NCBI GenBank assembly: GCA_022703645.1 | Contig: JAKLDG010000002.1 | Span: 1-40,237, forward strand | Direction: 5' to 3' | DNA from: Patescibacteria group bacterium | Lineage (GTDB): Bacteria; Patescibacteriota; JACPGU01 | Length of the DNA: 40,237 nt | In this document: positions 1 to 7,422 of the stretch, piece after piece | Layout of the letters: each line of letters opens with the position of its first letter | Numbering within the stretch: the stretch's first letter is position 1 | Position numbers and translations under genes: made by a program | Notes under the pieces: generated by a model | The model's database searches: none | Seen by the model: only the letters and a program-made list of their open reading frames with translations | What the model was told of the DNA's origin: nothing

Positions 1-77
1 CCCCGATTTTCTTTGTGCAAGAGTGGACAAGTGAGCTTGCTCTGAATGATTGCAAATAATCTCTCGTGCTTGGTTCA
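1..77. repeat. Terminal direct repeat, copy 1 (identical to 40161..40237); the contig closes into a 40,160-bp circle
   Basis: Read directly: 1..77 (ccccgattttctttgtgcaag...gtgcttggttca) recurs base-for-base at 40161..40237. It lies inside the portal reading frame. The simplest reading is an assembly overlap of a circular or circularly permuted genome. Confidence 0.95.
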
Positions 78-163
78 GGCACTTCTACGCCGGTTATCCA
101 AGACGAGCCTAGAAAGAATTTTGCTTGATGAAAAAATTGTCTAACTTTTTTTAATATATTCAT
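1..163 (-). CDS. Portal protein, 5' end (same gene as 38125..40237, continuing across the circular junction)
   Basis: Hand translation from ATG at 163 gives MNILKKVRQFFHQAKFFLGSSWITGVEVPEPSTRDY, then LQSFRASSLVHSC..., which is in frame with the 38125..40215 ORF (position 55 = 40215). An in-frame stop lies just upstream at 176..178. The gap to the terL stop (217) is only 53 nt. Confidence 0.6.
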   Translation of the reverse strand, partial: MNILKKVRQFFHQAKFFLGSSWITGVEVPEPSTRDYLQSFRASSLVHSCTKKIG

Positions 164-216
164 TTTGTGTAAAAGTTATTTATCTAATTATATTTTACAA
201 CTATAACGATTCTATG

Positions 217-1926
217 TCAATCAAATGTCGGTTTCTGGTCGCCTTTCTCAACCACATTCCAAACCATACCGGCAACTGCGTCAGAAACATCTTTGCTCCC
301 TCCGTCAGGGTGGTCAACTTTTTTAGCTTTTATTGATTCCAAAGACATATACTCTTTCTCAAAAATATTTATCTTCTCGCCTTTGCCGTCAGTTATGGTG
401 TATCGGTAATAATCAATGCCTTTTAAGTGTAGCAATGCTTTGAGTGTGTCATAGGCTTTAGTATCTCGGTCAACAGATAATAGTTCTGCCTCTATGCCTC
501 GCTTGTTTAATATCTGAATACTATCAGCCGATTGCCAGCCGTCAAAAGTCACATAATTTATTTTGAATTTTCTCTCTATCATTGAATATAAAACTTGTCG
601 GACATCACTAAACATTATTTCTCCTCCCTCTGGTGCGGTTATTCTCATAATCAAATCTATAAATACTCTTGGTCTTTCTTCGCCGTCAAGTTCAATAAAG
701 CCGTCTGGTCTGCCAACTGCAATACCGCAAGAGTCTTTTTTCAAAGCAAGGTCAATATGAGCATACCGCCATTCGGAATCTTGACATACAAACCAGTCTT
801 TGAATTTTCCCTCCGGTGTCAATGGGTCTTCTCTTTCAAAATTAACATTTCTAACCACTACTTGCGCATCTCTGTCAAATGGTTCAAGAGCAAGGCTTGG
901 CTTACAACCAAAATCTCTCATAAATTTTTCAGCGTTCTCTTGGCTGGCTTTATAAAAATCCATTGGGATATTTTCCCAAATCTCTACTGGCTTTCCATTG
1001 TCGTCATATTGAGCCACGAAATTAAAAGTTTCCTTACTCATTTTCTTTGGGTCTTTTGCCTCCCAAGTTTTTTTCAAAGAGCAATGACTATCGGGGTCAT
1101 TTTTTTTATTAGCATAAATTGAATCCATTGCGTCATTGGAATATCGTGCCGAAGATATTGTGCAAGTTAGCCCGCTCCTTAATCCAAAGCGAGATGTCTG
1201 ACGATTTTTTAACATATCTCTGACTTCCTTTGCATTTGATTTTTCCTCTGTGTCTAAAAAGAAAGCAAACTCGTCCACTATCCAACTATAAACATTCATA
1301 CCAACTGGCATAGTTTCTTTTGAGTTTCCACAATAAATTACGAGATTGGCTTTTTGTGGGTCTAGTCGTTTTGAAAAGCGAGGCACTTTGAAAAATCTTA
1401 TCTCTCCTGATAATGCCTCGAAGTCAAAGTTTTGAAACCAAGCACAATTATTTATTAAATTACTCAATCCGGTAAATACAACATTCTTTGCTTGAAATGC
1501 ACTCACTCCCATATTGACAACAGCGATAGGTTTGTCATTCATTAAGCCAAGATATTCGTGCGGATTTTTTAAGCATAAAAGTATGTGCATTACATACGCC
1601 GTTAAGATAGTTGCAAGAGTTGATTTTCCCGAGCCAATTCCCCAGTATAAAATAATCTCTTTAATTCCACTATCCCACATTTTATTTACAATCTCTTTTC
1701 CCTCTTTCATCACTTCGGGATAAATGTCTTCACCAATACCAAGATAGCCATAAGCAAACTCTTCAAAGTCTGTGCAAGGCTTTTCTCTAAACTGCGGAAA
1801 TTTTAGGCAGAATGCTAACCCGAGTAGGTCTTTCTTCTCCATTGACGGCAATCGTTTGGATAGCGTCAGCAAGAAGTTTTTGCTGTCTTTCGTCGAGTTG
1901 CTCTCTTGCGTCTGTGGCAAGTCCAT
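217..1926 (-). CDS. terL: Terminase large subunit
   Basis: 569-aa ORF. Walker A-like GIGSGKST and Walker B-like WIVDEFAFF are followed by a nuclease-like C-terminal half, and the gene sits directly upstream of portal. An alternative ATG at 1842 is possible. The 5' end overlaps the preceding ORF. Confidence 0.88.
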   Translation of the reverse strand: MDLPQTQESNSTKDSKNFLLTLSKRLPSMEKKDLLGLAFCLKFPQFREKPCTDFEEFAYGYLGIGEDIYPEVMKEGKEIVNKMWDSGIKEIILYWGIGSGKSTLATILTAYVMHILLCLKNPHEYLGLMNDKPIAVVNMGVSAFQAKNVVFTGLSNLINNCAWFQNFDFEALSGEIRFFKVPRFSKRLDPQKANLVIYCGNSKETMPVGMNVYSWIVDEFAFFLDTEEKSNAKEVRDMLKNRQTSRFGLRSGLTCTISSARYSNDAMDSIYANKKNDPDSHCSLKKTWEAKDPKKMSKETFNFVAQYDDNGKPVEIWENIPMDFYKASQENAEKFMRDFGCKPSLALEPFDRDAQVVVRNVNFEREDPLTPEGKFKDWFVCQDSEWRYAHIDLALKKDSCGIAVGRPDGFIELDGEERPRVFIDLIMRITAPEGGEIMFSDVRQVLYSMIERKFKINYVTFDGWQSADSIQILNKRGIEAELLSVDRDTKAYDTLKALLHLKGIDYYRYTITDGKGEKINIFEKEYMSLESIKAKKVDHPDGGSKDVSDAVAGMVWNVVEKGDQKPTFD

Positions 1927-3289
1927 AATAGTTGTTTTGTATAAAATTATTATTAACCATAGCTTTTCTTCCTGAATTTAATATCTCGCTTAAAATGGCA
2001 ATCTGTCCGGCAAGGGTTTTGTCTTGAAGTCCGCCGTCAAGTTGTTCAAACATAACCCCACGAGATATTTTTTGAGCAAGGACAGTTGCAAGTTTATTGA
2101 CTGTATTCATTACAGTTTCCTCGTCCCTCATATCTAATTTATCAGCGTCTAGCACTTTATCAAATATCGTATTAAAACCGCACATTATTTTTTGTCCCTC
2201 TTGGGGTTCTTGGTATAGTGGACAATTCTCGGCGACATAGCAATTATTACAATACATTTGTCTAGTCGGATTAAGATATTGCCCATTCTTAAAATTAAAC
2301 ATATTTCCGCTCATTGCGTTTTTTAATCTTATCTTTCTTTTCATCTCAATTTCTGGGTTATCTCTGCAAATTAAGTGTATTTTCCCTCTATATTCTTTCG
2401 GTAAATTATCCGTTCCTTTCGTTGAGCCTGTTTCACTCCAATACTTCTTACTATGTTTATCAATATACTCTCCAAAAGTTATCCATTGCAAAGCATTCCA
2501 CTCATTGACTTCCTTTATTTCATCTTTAATAAATTTGTCATAATCTATCTTAGCACTCTCTACCTTTGGCTTTAAGAACTTTCTCATTTTCTCTTTTTCG
2601 TCTTTACCATAGGCTTCTAGTTTATTTTGGCGAAAATAGAAAGTCGCTCCAAATCTTGCACCGGCGAGCCACGAGGTTGAGTCCACTGAATAATATGGAT
2701 ACATTCTCATTTCTTGCTCTTTGGTCATAGCAAAGCCGTGAATTTTTGTCTTATGTTTTTTGGCTATATTAAATAATGACTGATTCGTTCCTTTGCTTGA
2801 ACTATGCACTATTCCGACATAGGGATATTTTTTGCACATCTCCTCAAAGTTTTCTTCTTTGTTGCCGTGATATACCGCAATCATTTTTTCTTTGGCGATA
2901 GCATACATTTCATCTCTCCACCTCATAGCTTTTTCTTCTCCAACCACATCAATAATATCTAGCTCTACTACCGCACTTAATACATCAAGATTTTCAGAAA
3001 CAAATTTTTTGTAATTTTCAAAGTAGTTATCATAGTTTCCGCCAAACTGTTCTTTGATTTTTTCACTGCCTTGTTTGATAGTAGCTTTCTTACTATCTTT
3101 TGTGCCGGATAATTCTGCACCGATAATTGAAGCGGCGCCCGAATCTAAAATGATAAATTCTACACTTTCTTTCAATAATTTTAATTTCTCTCTATCATCT
3201 TTCAAATATAAATAAGAAACCAGCACATTTTTTGGTTTGTGCTTTAAGACATAATCCATTTTTTCAAATCCTGCTAGGCAAACACGCAT
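1787..3289 (-). CDS. dpdA: DpdA-like DNA-guanine transglycosylase (TGT superfamily) with a ~215-aa C-terminal extension of unknown function (terS position)
   Basis: The N-terminal ~285 aa show the DpdA/TGT pattern as I recall it: VLVSYLYL, FIILDSGAAS, VVELDI, AVYHG, YVGI, KIHGFAMT, YYSVDSTSWL. The C-terminal part has a Cys cluster (CNNCYVAENCPLY...MCGF) followed by a helical region. ATG at 3289. An alternative ATG at 3259 has AGGA 8 nt upstream. The 3' end overlaps the terL ORF by 140 nt. Confidence 0.7.
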   Translation of the reverse strand: MRVCLAGFEKMDYVLKHKPKNVLVSYLYLKDDREKLKLLKESVEFIILDSGAASIIGAELSGTKDSKKATIKQGSEKIKEQFGGNYDNYFENYKKFVSENLDVLSAVVELDIIDVVGEEKAMRWRDEMYAIAKEKMIAVYHGNKEENFEEMCKKYPYVGIVHSSSKGTNQSLFNIAKKHKTKIHGFAMTKEQEMRMYPYYSVDSTSWLAGARFGATFYFRQNKLEAYGKDEKEKMRKFLKPKVESAKIDYDKFIKDEIKEVNEWNALQWITFGEYIDKHSKKYWSETGSTKGTDNLPKEYRGKIHLICRDNPEIEMKRKIRLKNAMSGNMFNFKNGQYLNPTRQMYCNNCYVAENCPLYQEPQEGQKIMCGFNTIFDKVLDADKLDMRDEETVMNTVNKLATVLAQKISRGVMFEQLDGGLQDKTLAGQIAILSEILNSGRKAMVNNNFIQNNYYGLATDAREQLDERQQKLLADAIQTIAVNGEERPTRVSILPKISAV

Positions 3290-4203
3290 TTTTCTATTTT
3301 CTTAATTATATTAGTTGGCGAATATATTATCTCGAACTTTCCTTGGATATGGTTTACGGCTGAACTGGCTATGGCGAAACTGGCTGAACTTTCTGATGTT
3401 TTTTTTATGTAATTGACTGCCTCTTGAAATGTATTTACTTTCCCATAGCTTGGGATATGCTCATAAGTCGATTTTCTTAATACTGGAATGCAACCGCTCA
3501 TTATTGCGTCAATGGTTGAATAGGAAAAAAACTCTAATTCACTCATTGAAAATACAAATTGCATTTTTCTTAATTGTTCCAAATATTCTTGCCGGTCATC
3601 AATATCCAATACTTGTATCTTTGTGCCTTTGACAAAAGGTTTAGCTTTTTCTCCTCCAAAACAATAAAAACTGAAATGACTTGGCAAGGCTTTGGATAAT
3701 TGCACGAAGAGGTCTAATCGTTTTGCTGGGTCGTCTATGCGATGATTATATACTACGCTGAATGGTCTAGTCTTTCTTAATACTCCTGCCTCGGGGTATA
3801 TTTCAAGGGGTAAGCCTATTTCTGTGCTTTCTATCTCAAAAGCTTTTTTTATCATTTTATCTACTTTTGGTGTTTGAGCAAAAGCCATTTTTACATTCTT
3901 AAATTCAGGATATTTTTCAGGGTTCAATAATATTGGGTGTCGGTGGAAAAATCCATAGACTTCTCTATCTTTATAATCTATTCCACAATCTAAATCAAGA
4001 CAAACCACTTTGCCTTTGTCTTTTATTTTAGAAACTAATTGCAAATATTTTTCCCGATTATAAGATTCGTTGAATTGATAAACTTTCCAATTATTCTTCT
4101 CGAACTCGGATTCTAATTGAGCAACCAATCTTCCCCAATCTGCTTGGTCTTTCTTCATTACACTTACCAAAATACCTTTGTAGGACTGTTCTTGTTTCTT
4201 CAT
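3274..4203 (-). CDS. GT-B-fold (GT4-like) glycosyltransferase-like protein embedded in the deazaguanine cluster
   Basis: 309 aa. The C-terminal half resembles the GT1/GT4 nucleotide-sugar-binding domain: HRIDDPAKRLDLFVQL...FYCFGGE...VFSMSELEFFSYSTIDAIMSGCIPVL (an E-x7-D/E-like motif followed by G-x-PV). Assignment is by motif only. Confidence 0.5.
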   Translation of the reverse strand: MKKQEQSYKGILVSVMKKDQADWGRLVAQLESEFEKNNWKVYQFNESYNREKYLQLVSKIKDKGKVVCLDLDCGIDYKDREVYGFFHRHPILLNPEKYPEFKNVKMAFAQTPKVDKMIKKAFEIESTEIGLPLEIYPEAGVLRKTRPFSVVYNHRIDDPAKRLDLFVQLSKALPSHFSFYCFGGEKAKPFVKGTKIQVLDIDDRQEYLEQLRKMQFVFSMSELEFFSYSTIDAIMSGCIPVLRKSTYEHIPSYGKVNTFQEAVNYIKKTSESSASFAIASSAVNHIQGKFEIIYSPTNIIKKIEKCVFA

Positions 4204-4882
4204 ATCTTTTTTTTGAATTAAATTTTTTATCTAAAACTCTTTTCCAATACTCTTGCGCGGTTTTTGTAGTAGCTGGATTTTTTAGAAAAATATCTCTCGT
4301 GTTTATGTGATTATATTCTAAAGCAATCCATTTCCTAAAACAACTTGGACATTCTCCGCATTGTCCCTCATCTTCACTATAACAAGACACGCTAGTTTTT
4401 AATAATTTTATTCTATCCGGTAATGATAATTTTACTTTGTCGGTTTCTAAAAACCATTTTATTATTTCACTTTTTGAATAAGCCCAAAATGGCGAACGGA
4501 TTGATATTTTTTCGCCGGTTATTTCCGATATAACCTCGCTCATTTTCATAAAAGCCCGAATATTTTTATCCGGCACATCATCGCCGTTTATTCCGATAAT
4601 ATAAACATTTTTTGCGTATTGTGCGCCGAGTAAAGCTAAAAATAAATTTCTCCCGGGTATATTGGCTTTATCTCCAATCTCAAATTTTCCTAGTGGAAAA
4701 TCTGCCTCAATAATTAGGCTGTCTTTTATTTCTTTATCAATTCTCGATAATCTTTCAAAAGTAAGCAATTCTTTTTCGGTGTAGTGAGTGAGTAGCGGAA
4801 CATAATAAGCGGTTGGCTTGCCTAGATAATACCAAGCGATTAAACTATCTATTCCTCCACTCATTAAGATAATTTCTTGCAT
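4091..4882 (-). CDS. queC: 7-cyano-7-deazaguanine (preQ0) synthase QueC
   Basis: PP-loop ILMSGGIDS near the N-terminus. The C-terminal Zn-Cys cluster is SCYSEDEGQCGECPSCFRKW. The start is set at ATG 4882; the track ORF start at 4894 is TTG. The last ~37 codons overlap the next gene by 113 nt (see finding). Confidence 0.85.
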   Translation of the reverse strand: MQEIILMSGGIDSLIAWYYLGKPTAYYVPLLTHYTEKELLTFERLSRIDKEIKDSLIIEADFPLGKFEIGDKANIPGRNLFLALLGAQYAKNVYIIGINGDDVPDKNIRAFMKMSEVISEITGEKISIRSPFWAYSKSEIIKWFLETDKVKLSLPDRIKLLKTSVSCYSEDEGQCGECPSCFRKWIALEYNHINTRDIFLKNPATTKTAQEYWKRVLDKKFNSKKRYEETRTVLQRYFGKCNEERPSRLGKIGCSIRIRVREE

Positions 4883-5148
4883 ATTGTTTTCCAATCCTTA
4901 AAAATTAAAGCTTTGTCGTCTATGTAAAACTCCCCGATAGGTTTGCCAAATACTATTCTGTCATATTTAATTCCGTATTCTCTCAAGGTCGCCATTGTTC
5001 GTTTCCGGTCGCATTGGTATCTTGAAGTGTGCAAGATTATCCGGTATTTTTCTCGAAGTCTATCAATGGCATTTTTAGTGTTTGGGATTATCTCAACTCT
5101 GTTCCGTAAAATAACTCCGTCAATGTCAATGACTATGGCTGGTTTCAT
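4864..5148 (-). CDS. Minimal HAD-superfamily phosphatase-like protein
   Basis: 94 aa with HAD motif I IVIDIDGVI (DxDG), motif II-like LHTSR, motif III-like GKP and motif IV-like YIDDKA. Its start overlaps the folE stop as ATGA. Confidence 0.55.
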   Translation of the reverse strand: MKPAIVIDIDGVILRNRVEIIPNTKNAIDRLREKYRIILHTSRYQCDRKRTMATLREYGIKYDRIVFGKPIGEFYIDDKALIFKDWKTICKKLS

Positions 5149-5693
5149 TTTTTTATTAAATTAAAAAATTCTACTCGAGTTGCCTCATTGTTTCTAAATA
5201 AGCCGGTCAATTTTGAAGTTATCATAACAGAGTTTTGCTTTTCTACTCCTCTTGCTCTCATACATAAATGCTCCGCCTCTAATACCACTGCCACGCCTTT
5301 TGGTTTTAAGGCTTTTTCTATCGCTTTTGAAACTTGCTGGGTTATTCTCTCTTGATTTTGCATACGCCTAGCATAAATGTCTAAAATTCTTGCTAATTTT
5401 GATATTCCAACTATCTTTTTTCTTGGAATATAAGCGATATGTGCTTTGCCAAAAAATGGCAATAAGTGGTGTTCGCAAGTTGAATAAAATTCAATGTCCC
5501 TCAAAATAACCATTTGCTCATTGTCCTCGTTCGTGAAAGTTGTCAAAATGTCTTCCGGTTTTTGTTTATAGCCTTCAAATATTTTGGCATAGGCTTTTCT
5601 CACTCGTTCTGGGGTTTTTACTAATCCCTCTCTTTTGCAATTCTCTCCAAGACAAGTAATTATTTCTTGGACTGCTTTGTCTATTTTTTCCAT
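5145..5693 (-). CDS. folE: GTP cyclohydrolase I (FolE)
   Basis: 182 aa with the hallmark STCEHHLLPFFGKAHIAYIP and the downstream QERITQQV motif. Confidence 0.9.
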   Translation of the reverse strand: MEKIDKAVQEIITCLGENCKREGLVKTPERVRKAYAKIFEGYKQKPEDILTTFTNEDNEQMVILRDIEFYSTCEHHLLPFFGKAHIAYIPRKKIVGISKLARILDIYARRMQNQERITQQVSKAIEKALKPKGVAVVLEAEHLCMRARGVEKQNSVMITSKLTGLFRNNEATRVEFFNLIKK

Positions 5694-5695
5694 AA

Positions 5696-5845
5696 TTAGT
5701 GCTTAAAAATTAAATAACCAATAAAAATTCCTACAATTCCTAGTATGCCTGCCAAATTGGTCGGCGCCGGAATTGGTAATCTTAAAAACGCAAATACTCC
5801 GCCTAAAATAAATCCTACTAAATATGCCTCTAATAAAATAATCAT
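5696..5845 (-). CDS. Small hydrophobic protein (49 aa, about 2 TM segments)
   Basis: Hand translation: MIILLEAYLVGFILGGVFAFLRLPIPAPTNLAGILGIVGIFIGYLIFKH. Its ATG overlaps the queE stop (ATGA) and its TAA lies 2 nt before the folE ATG. It is below the ORF-track size cutoff. Confidence 0.4.
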   Translation of the reverse strand: MIILLEAYLVGFILGGVFAFLRLPIPAPTNLAGILGIVGIFIGYLIFKH

Positions 5846-6486
5846 ATCCCTTTTTTCTTGTTAAATAAATTAACTTGCAATCTTGGACTGAAATTATATC
5901 CCATAAGCAAACACCACGACCATACTTGTTTTGCTTTTTGTTCTTGCTCTTTTTTAGTCTGTCCCTCCGGCATAATCCAAACACATTTATCCGGCACATT
6001 GTATTTCTTAATCGTTTCTTTTATAAATTTTCTTGAAGCTAAATCTGAATAGACAAATTTTACTATGGTATTTTTTTCACTAAGCATTGAGTCTGTCAAA
6101 AATACTGGTTCAGGGTTGCATTGTTTTGGTTGAAATCTTTTTTCTTTTGGCGATATGTTCCATTGATTGATATGACTAAAAATTCTTGGTTCGGGGATAA
6201 TTGTGCCATTCGTTTCAATTTCTACTTTGTAAGGACTGTATCGGTCAATCAAATCCATAATGGCTTGCTGTTGCAATAGTGGCTCTCCGCCGGTAATACA
6301 CCACTCGTCATATTTCTCTAAAAGTTTTTGGTCGGTTTTATTTATCTCTCTGCCTTTGATATGGTATTTCGTATCGCAAAAATTGCACCTTAAATTGCAA
6401 CCACTCAAACGAATAAACAATCTAGGCTTTCCGGCTGATATTCCCTCGCCTTGTATTGAATAAAAAATCTCGTTTATCTTCATCAT
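5842..6486 (-). CDS. queE: 7-carboxy-7-deazaguanine synthase QueE (radical SAM)
   Basis: 214 aa. Contains IFYSIQGEG and the radical-SAM cluster CNLRCNFCDT. Confidence 0.9.
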   Translation of the reverse strand: MMKINEIFYSIQGEGISAGKPRLFIRLSGCNLRCNFCDTKYHIKGREINKTDQKLLEKYDEWCITGGEPLLQQQAIMDLIDRYSPYKVEIETNGTIIPEPRIFSHINQWNISPKEKRFQPKQCNPEPVFLTDSMLSEKNTIVKFVYSDLASRKFIKETIKKYNVPDKCVWIMPEGQTKKEQEQKAKQVWSWCLLMGYNFSPRLQVNLFNKKKGI

Positions 6487-6626
6487 AATTCTTCAATTAT
6501 TCCAATTATTTCCGCACTTATCAAAAGCAATACAGCAATAATTAGGCTTTCTAAAAGCAAAATTAGCCCTAAAATTCTTAATATACTCTTGAGTAGACTA
6601 AATGTTTTGTGCCAATCAAAATTCAT
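6483..6626 (-). CDS. Small hydrophobic protein (47 aa, 1 TM segment)
   Basis: Hand translation: MNFDWHKTFSLLKSILRILGLILLLESLIIAVLLLISAEIIGIIEEL. Its TGA overlaps the queE ATG (ATGA) and its ATG overlaps the queD end by 11 nt. Confidence 0.4.
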   Translation of the reverse strand: MNFDWHKTFSLLKSILRILGLILLLESLIIAVLLLISAEIIGIIEEL

Positions 6627-7035
6627 TTTCTTTGTCTATGGTCGCTTCGTCTTGGCGGTCAACGCTAGGCGAATTTTCATAGTAAGTTATTGATGACTTA
6701 TCTGTTTCCCATAAAGTTATTGCAACTCTTGGTTTAATATCAAAATATTTTTTCAATCTTTGCACAACTCCTCCGTGAATAAGTTGAGCAAGATTTTCCG
6801 CCGTTGGTTCTATTGGCGCTATCACTAAATTCAAATTTTTATGGTCAAAAGCATTAAGCACATCTTTTAGTTCTGAAAAATCTATAACCATATTCCTTTT
6901 TGAAAGTTTTTCTGTTTCAATAACAATTTTTACCTTCCAATTATGTCCGTGAATTGAAGCATTGCATTTTTCCTCATATGCGTTTGTAAGTTGGTGGGCA
7001 GATTCAAACCCGCCGTGATATTCTAATCTATACAT
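6616..7035 (-). CDS. queD: 6-carboxy-5,6,7,8-tetrahydropterin synthase QueD
   Basis: Motifs FESAHQL, CNASIHGHNWKVKIVIE and VITLWETD-like. The start is set at MYRLEYHGGF (ATG 7035). The track ORF extends to 7074. Confidence 0.85.
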   Translation of the reverse strand: MYRLEYHGGFESAHQLTNAYEEKCNASIHGHNWKVKIVIETEKLSKRNMVIDFSELKDVLNAFDHKNLNLVIAPIEPTAENLAQLIHGGVVQRLKKYFDIKPRVAITLWETDKSSITYYENSPSVDRQDEATIDKENEF

Positions 7036-7106
7036 AATAAAATCAATATAATAATTAACAAAAATACAGGGCATAAAATATAACCAATCTCTAATATTTT
7101 ATTCAT
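7023..7106 (-). CDS. Tiny hydrophobic ORF (27 aa), speculative
   Basis: MNKILEIGYILCPVFLLIIILILLCID. Its ATG overlaps the stop of the 7103..7294 ORF (ATGA) and its end overlaps the queD start. It is too short to support by itself. Confidence 0.2.
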   Translation of the reverse strand: MNKILEIGYILCPVFLLIIILILLCID

Positions 7107-7294
7107 ACCTTTTGAAAAAATAAAATCACTACATTTTTTATCTCCGCACTTTTCTCTATCTCTTTTTGCATTTCAATTATTCCTTTTGGCGTTGATAGTT
7201 TCCTATTGATAACATAAATGCCGTGTCCATAAACTCTGCCTATCTTTTTTTCTTTTGAACCTAGAAAGCTGACAAAATATTTATACCACCTCAT
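7103..7294 (-). CDS. Hypothetical protein (63 aa)
   Basis: ATG-initiated ORF in the operon, with no recognisable motif. Confidence 0.5.
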   Translation of the reverse strand: MRWYKYFVSFLGSKEKKIGRVYGHGIYVINRKLSTPKGIIEMQKEIEKSAEIKNVVILFFQKV

Positions 7295-7418
7295 ACAGTT
7301 TTTCTATGATTAAACTATTTAATTCTTTTTGATATTGTTCTAGCTTTAATTGACAAACAAAGATTTCTAATTTTAATCTGCACTCATTTAATTCTTTTAT
7401 CATTGTTTTGATTTCCAT
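7281..7418 (-). CDS. Small coiled-coil-like hypothetical protein (45 aa)
   Basis: Hand translation: MEIKTMIKELNECRLKLEIFVCQLKLEQYQKELNSLIIEKLYEVV. It fills an otherwise non-coding 128-nt gap and overlaps the next start. Confidence 0.35.
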   Translation of the reverse strand: MEIKTMIKELNECRLKLEIFVCQLKLEQYQKELNSLIIEKLYEVV

Positions 7419-7422
7419 TTTT

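Noticed and set aside
1-130. The G+C-richer stretch at the window start as a tRNA, small RNA or cos/pac element
   Set aside because: I found no cloverleaf or T-loop (GTTCRA) signature. After circularisation the stretch is simply the in-frame 5' part of the portal gene.
164-216. A promoter in the terL-portal gap (TATAAT at ~187..192 on the minus strand)
   Set aside because: No acceptable -35 element occurs at 16-18-nt spacing. AT-rich sequence yields TATAAT-like hexamers by chance.
5703-5999. 98-aa minus-strand ORF overlapping the 3' end of queE
   Set aside because: It lies mostly inside queE in another frame and has a basic, low-complexity product. The real gap-filling gene appears to be the 49-aa hydrophobic ORF at 5696..5845, in a different frame and ATGA-coupled to queE.
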